Source: Octopus vulgaris
Lineage: Eukaryota
Assembly: GCA_951406725.2 (NCBI GenBank)
Contig: OX597814.1
Span: forward strand, 35,774,001 to 35,838,000
Reading direction: 5' to 3'
Length of the DNA stretch: 64,000 nucleotides
Below, in pieces: positions 63,616 to 64,000 of the stretch (within the stretch, counting starts at the first letter, position 1; every line of letters begins with the position of its first letter). The position numbers and the translations under genes are program-made. A model generated the notes under the pieces. That model did no database searches, was not told the origin of the DNA, and saw only the letters and a program-made list of their open reading frames with translations.

Positions 63616-64000
63616 GTGTTAAGGTTTGGTTTTGAGTTTTGTTTTTCTATACTTGAGATTTTCGTTCAATAACTTCATTAGTCAATACTTTTCATCAATG
63701 TAGCCAAAGTCTAGTTTTTAAATGTGAACTTACCACTTTGTTGCTTATGTATTATAACTATAGCTCTTCACTATGTGTGTGTATGTGCATGTGTGTGTGC
63801 ATGTGCTTGTGCGTATGGATATATTTGTATATATATATGTATGTATGTATGTAGGTATTTCTTTTGAAAGTTAACAAATCAAGGGTGCTGCAATAGAGAA
63901 ATGGGGAAAATGAGGGTCTAATAAAGCTTGTAACTTGAAATTTATACCTGTGCTAGGAAAACTCAAAAGATAGAAATAGAAAAGGAAAAATAGATCAACA

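Overview
This is AT-rich, microsatellite-saturated eukaryotic non-coding DNA, either intergenic or deep intron. The repeat landscape most resembles an Octopus (coleoid cephalopod) genome; this is an inference from the SINE/LINE families. I could not support any host protein-coding gene, and nearly all ORF-track entries are translated microsatellites or transposon debris. Retroelements present: several tRNA-headed SINE families (my labels A, B, B', D, E), many 5'-truncated RTE-LINE 3' ends (label C) with variable tandem hairpin arrays, decayed RTE, R4/Dong and Penelope fragments, and an unclassified (AAT)n-tailed repeat (label F). DNA elements present: Tc1/mariner fragments and MITEs, a piggyBac-like MITE, a long-TIR TTAA (Kolobok-like) MITE and a Helentron-type (HINE/DINE-1-like) element. 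The most notable observations are: (i) several unrelated short inserts carrying minimal type-I hammerhead-ribozyme folds, suggesting Penelope-pLTR or retrozyme-like elements; (ii) a stack of insertions in a (TAA)n target; (iii) a SINE chain punctuated by a recurring 16-bp repeat; (iv) several strong hairpins and palindromes. Coordinates were read by eye and may be off by a few bases at degenerate ends.
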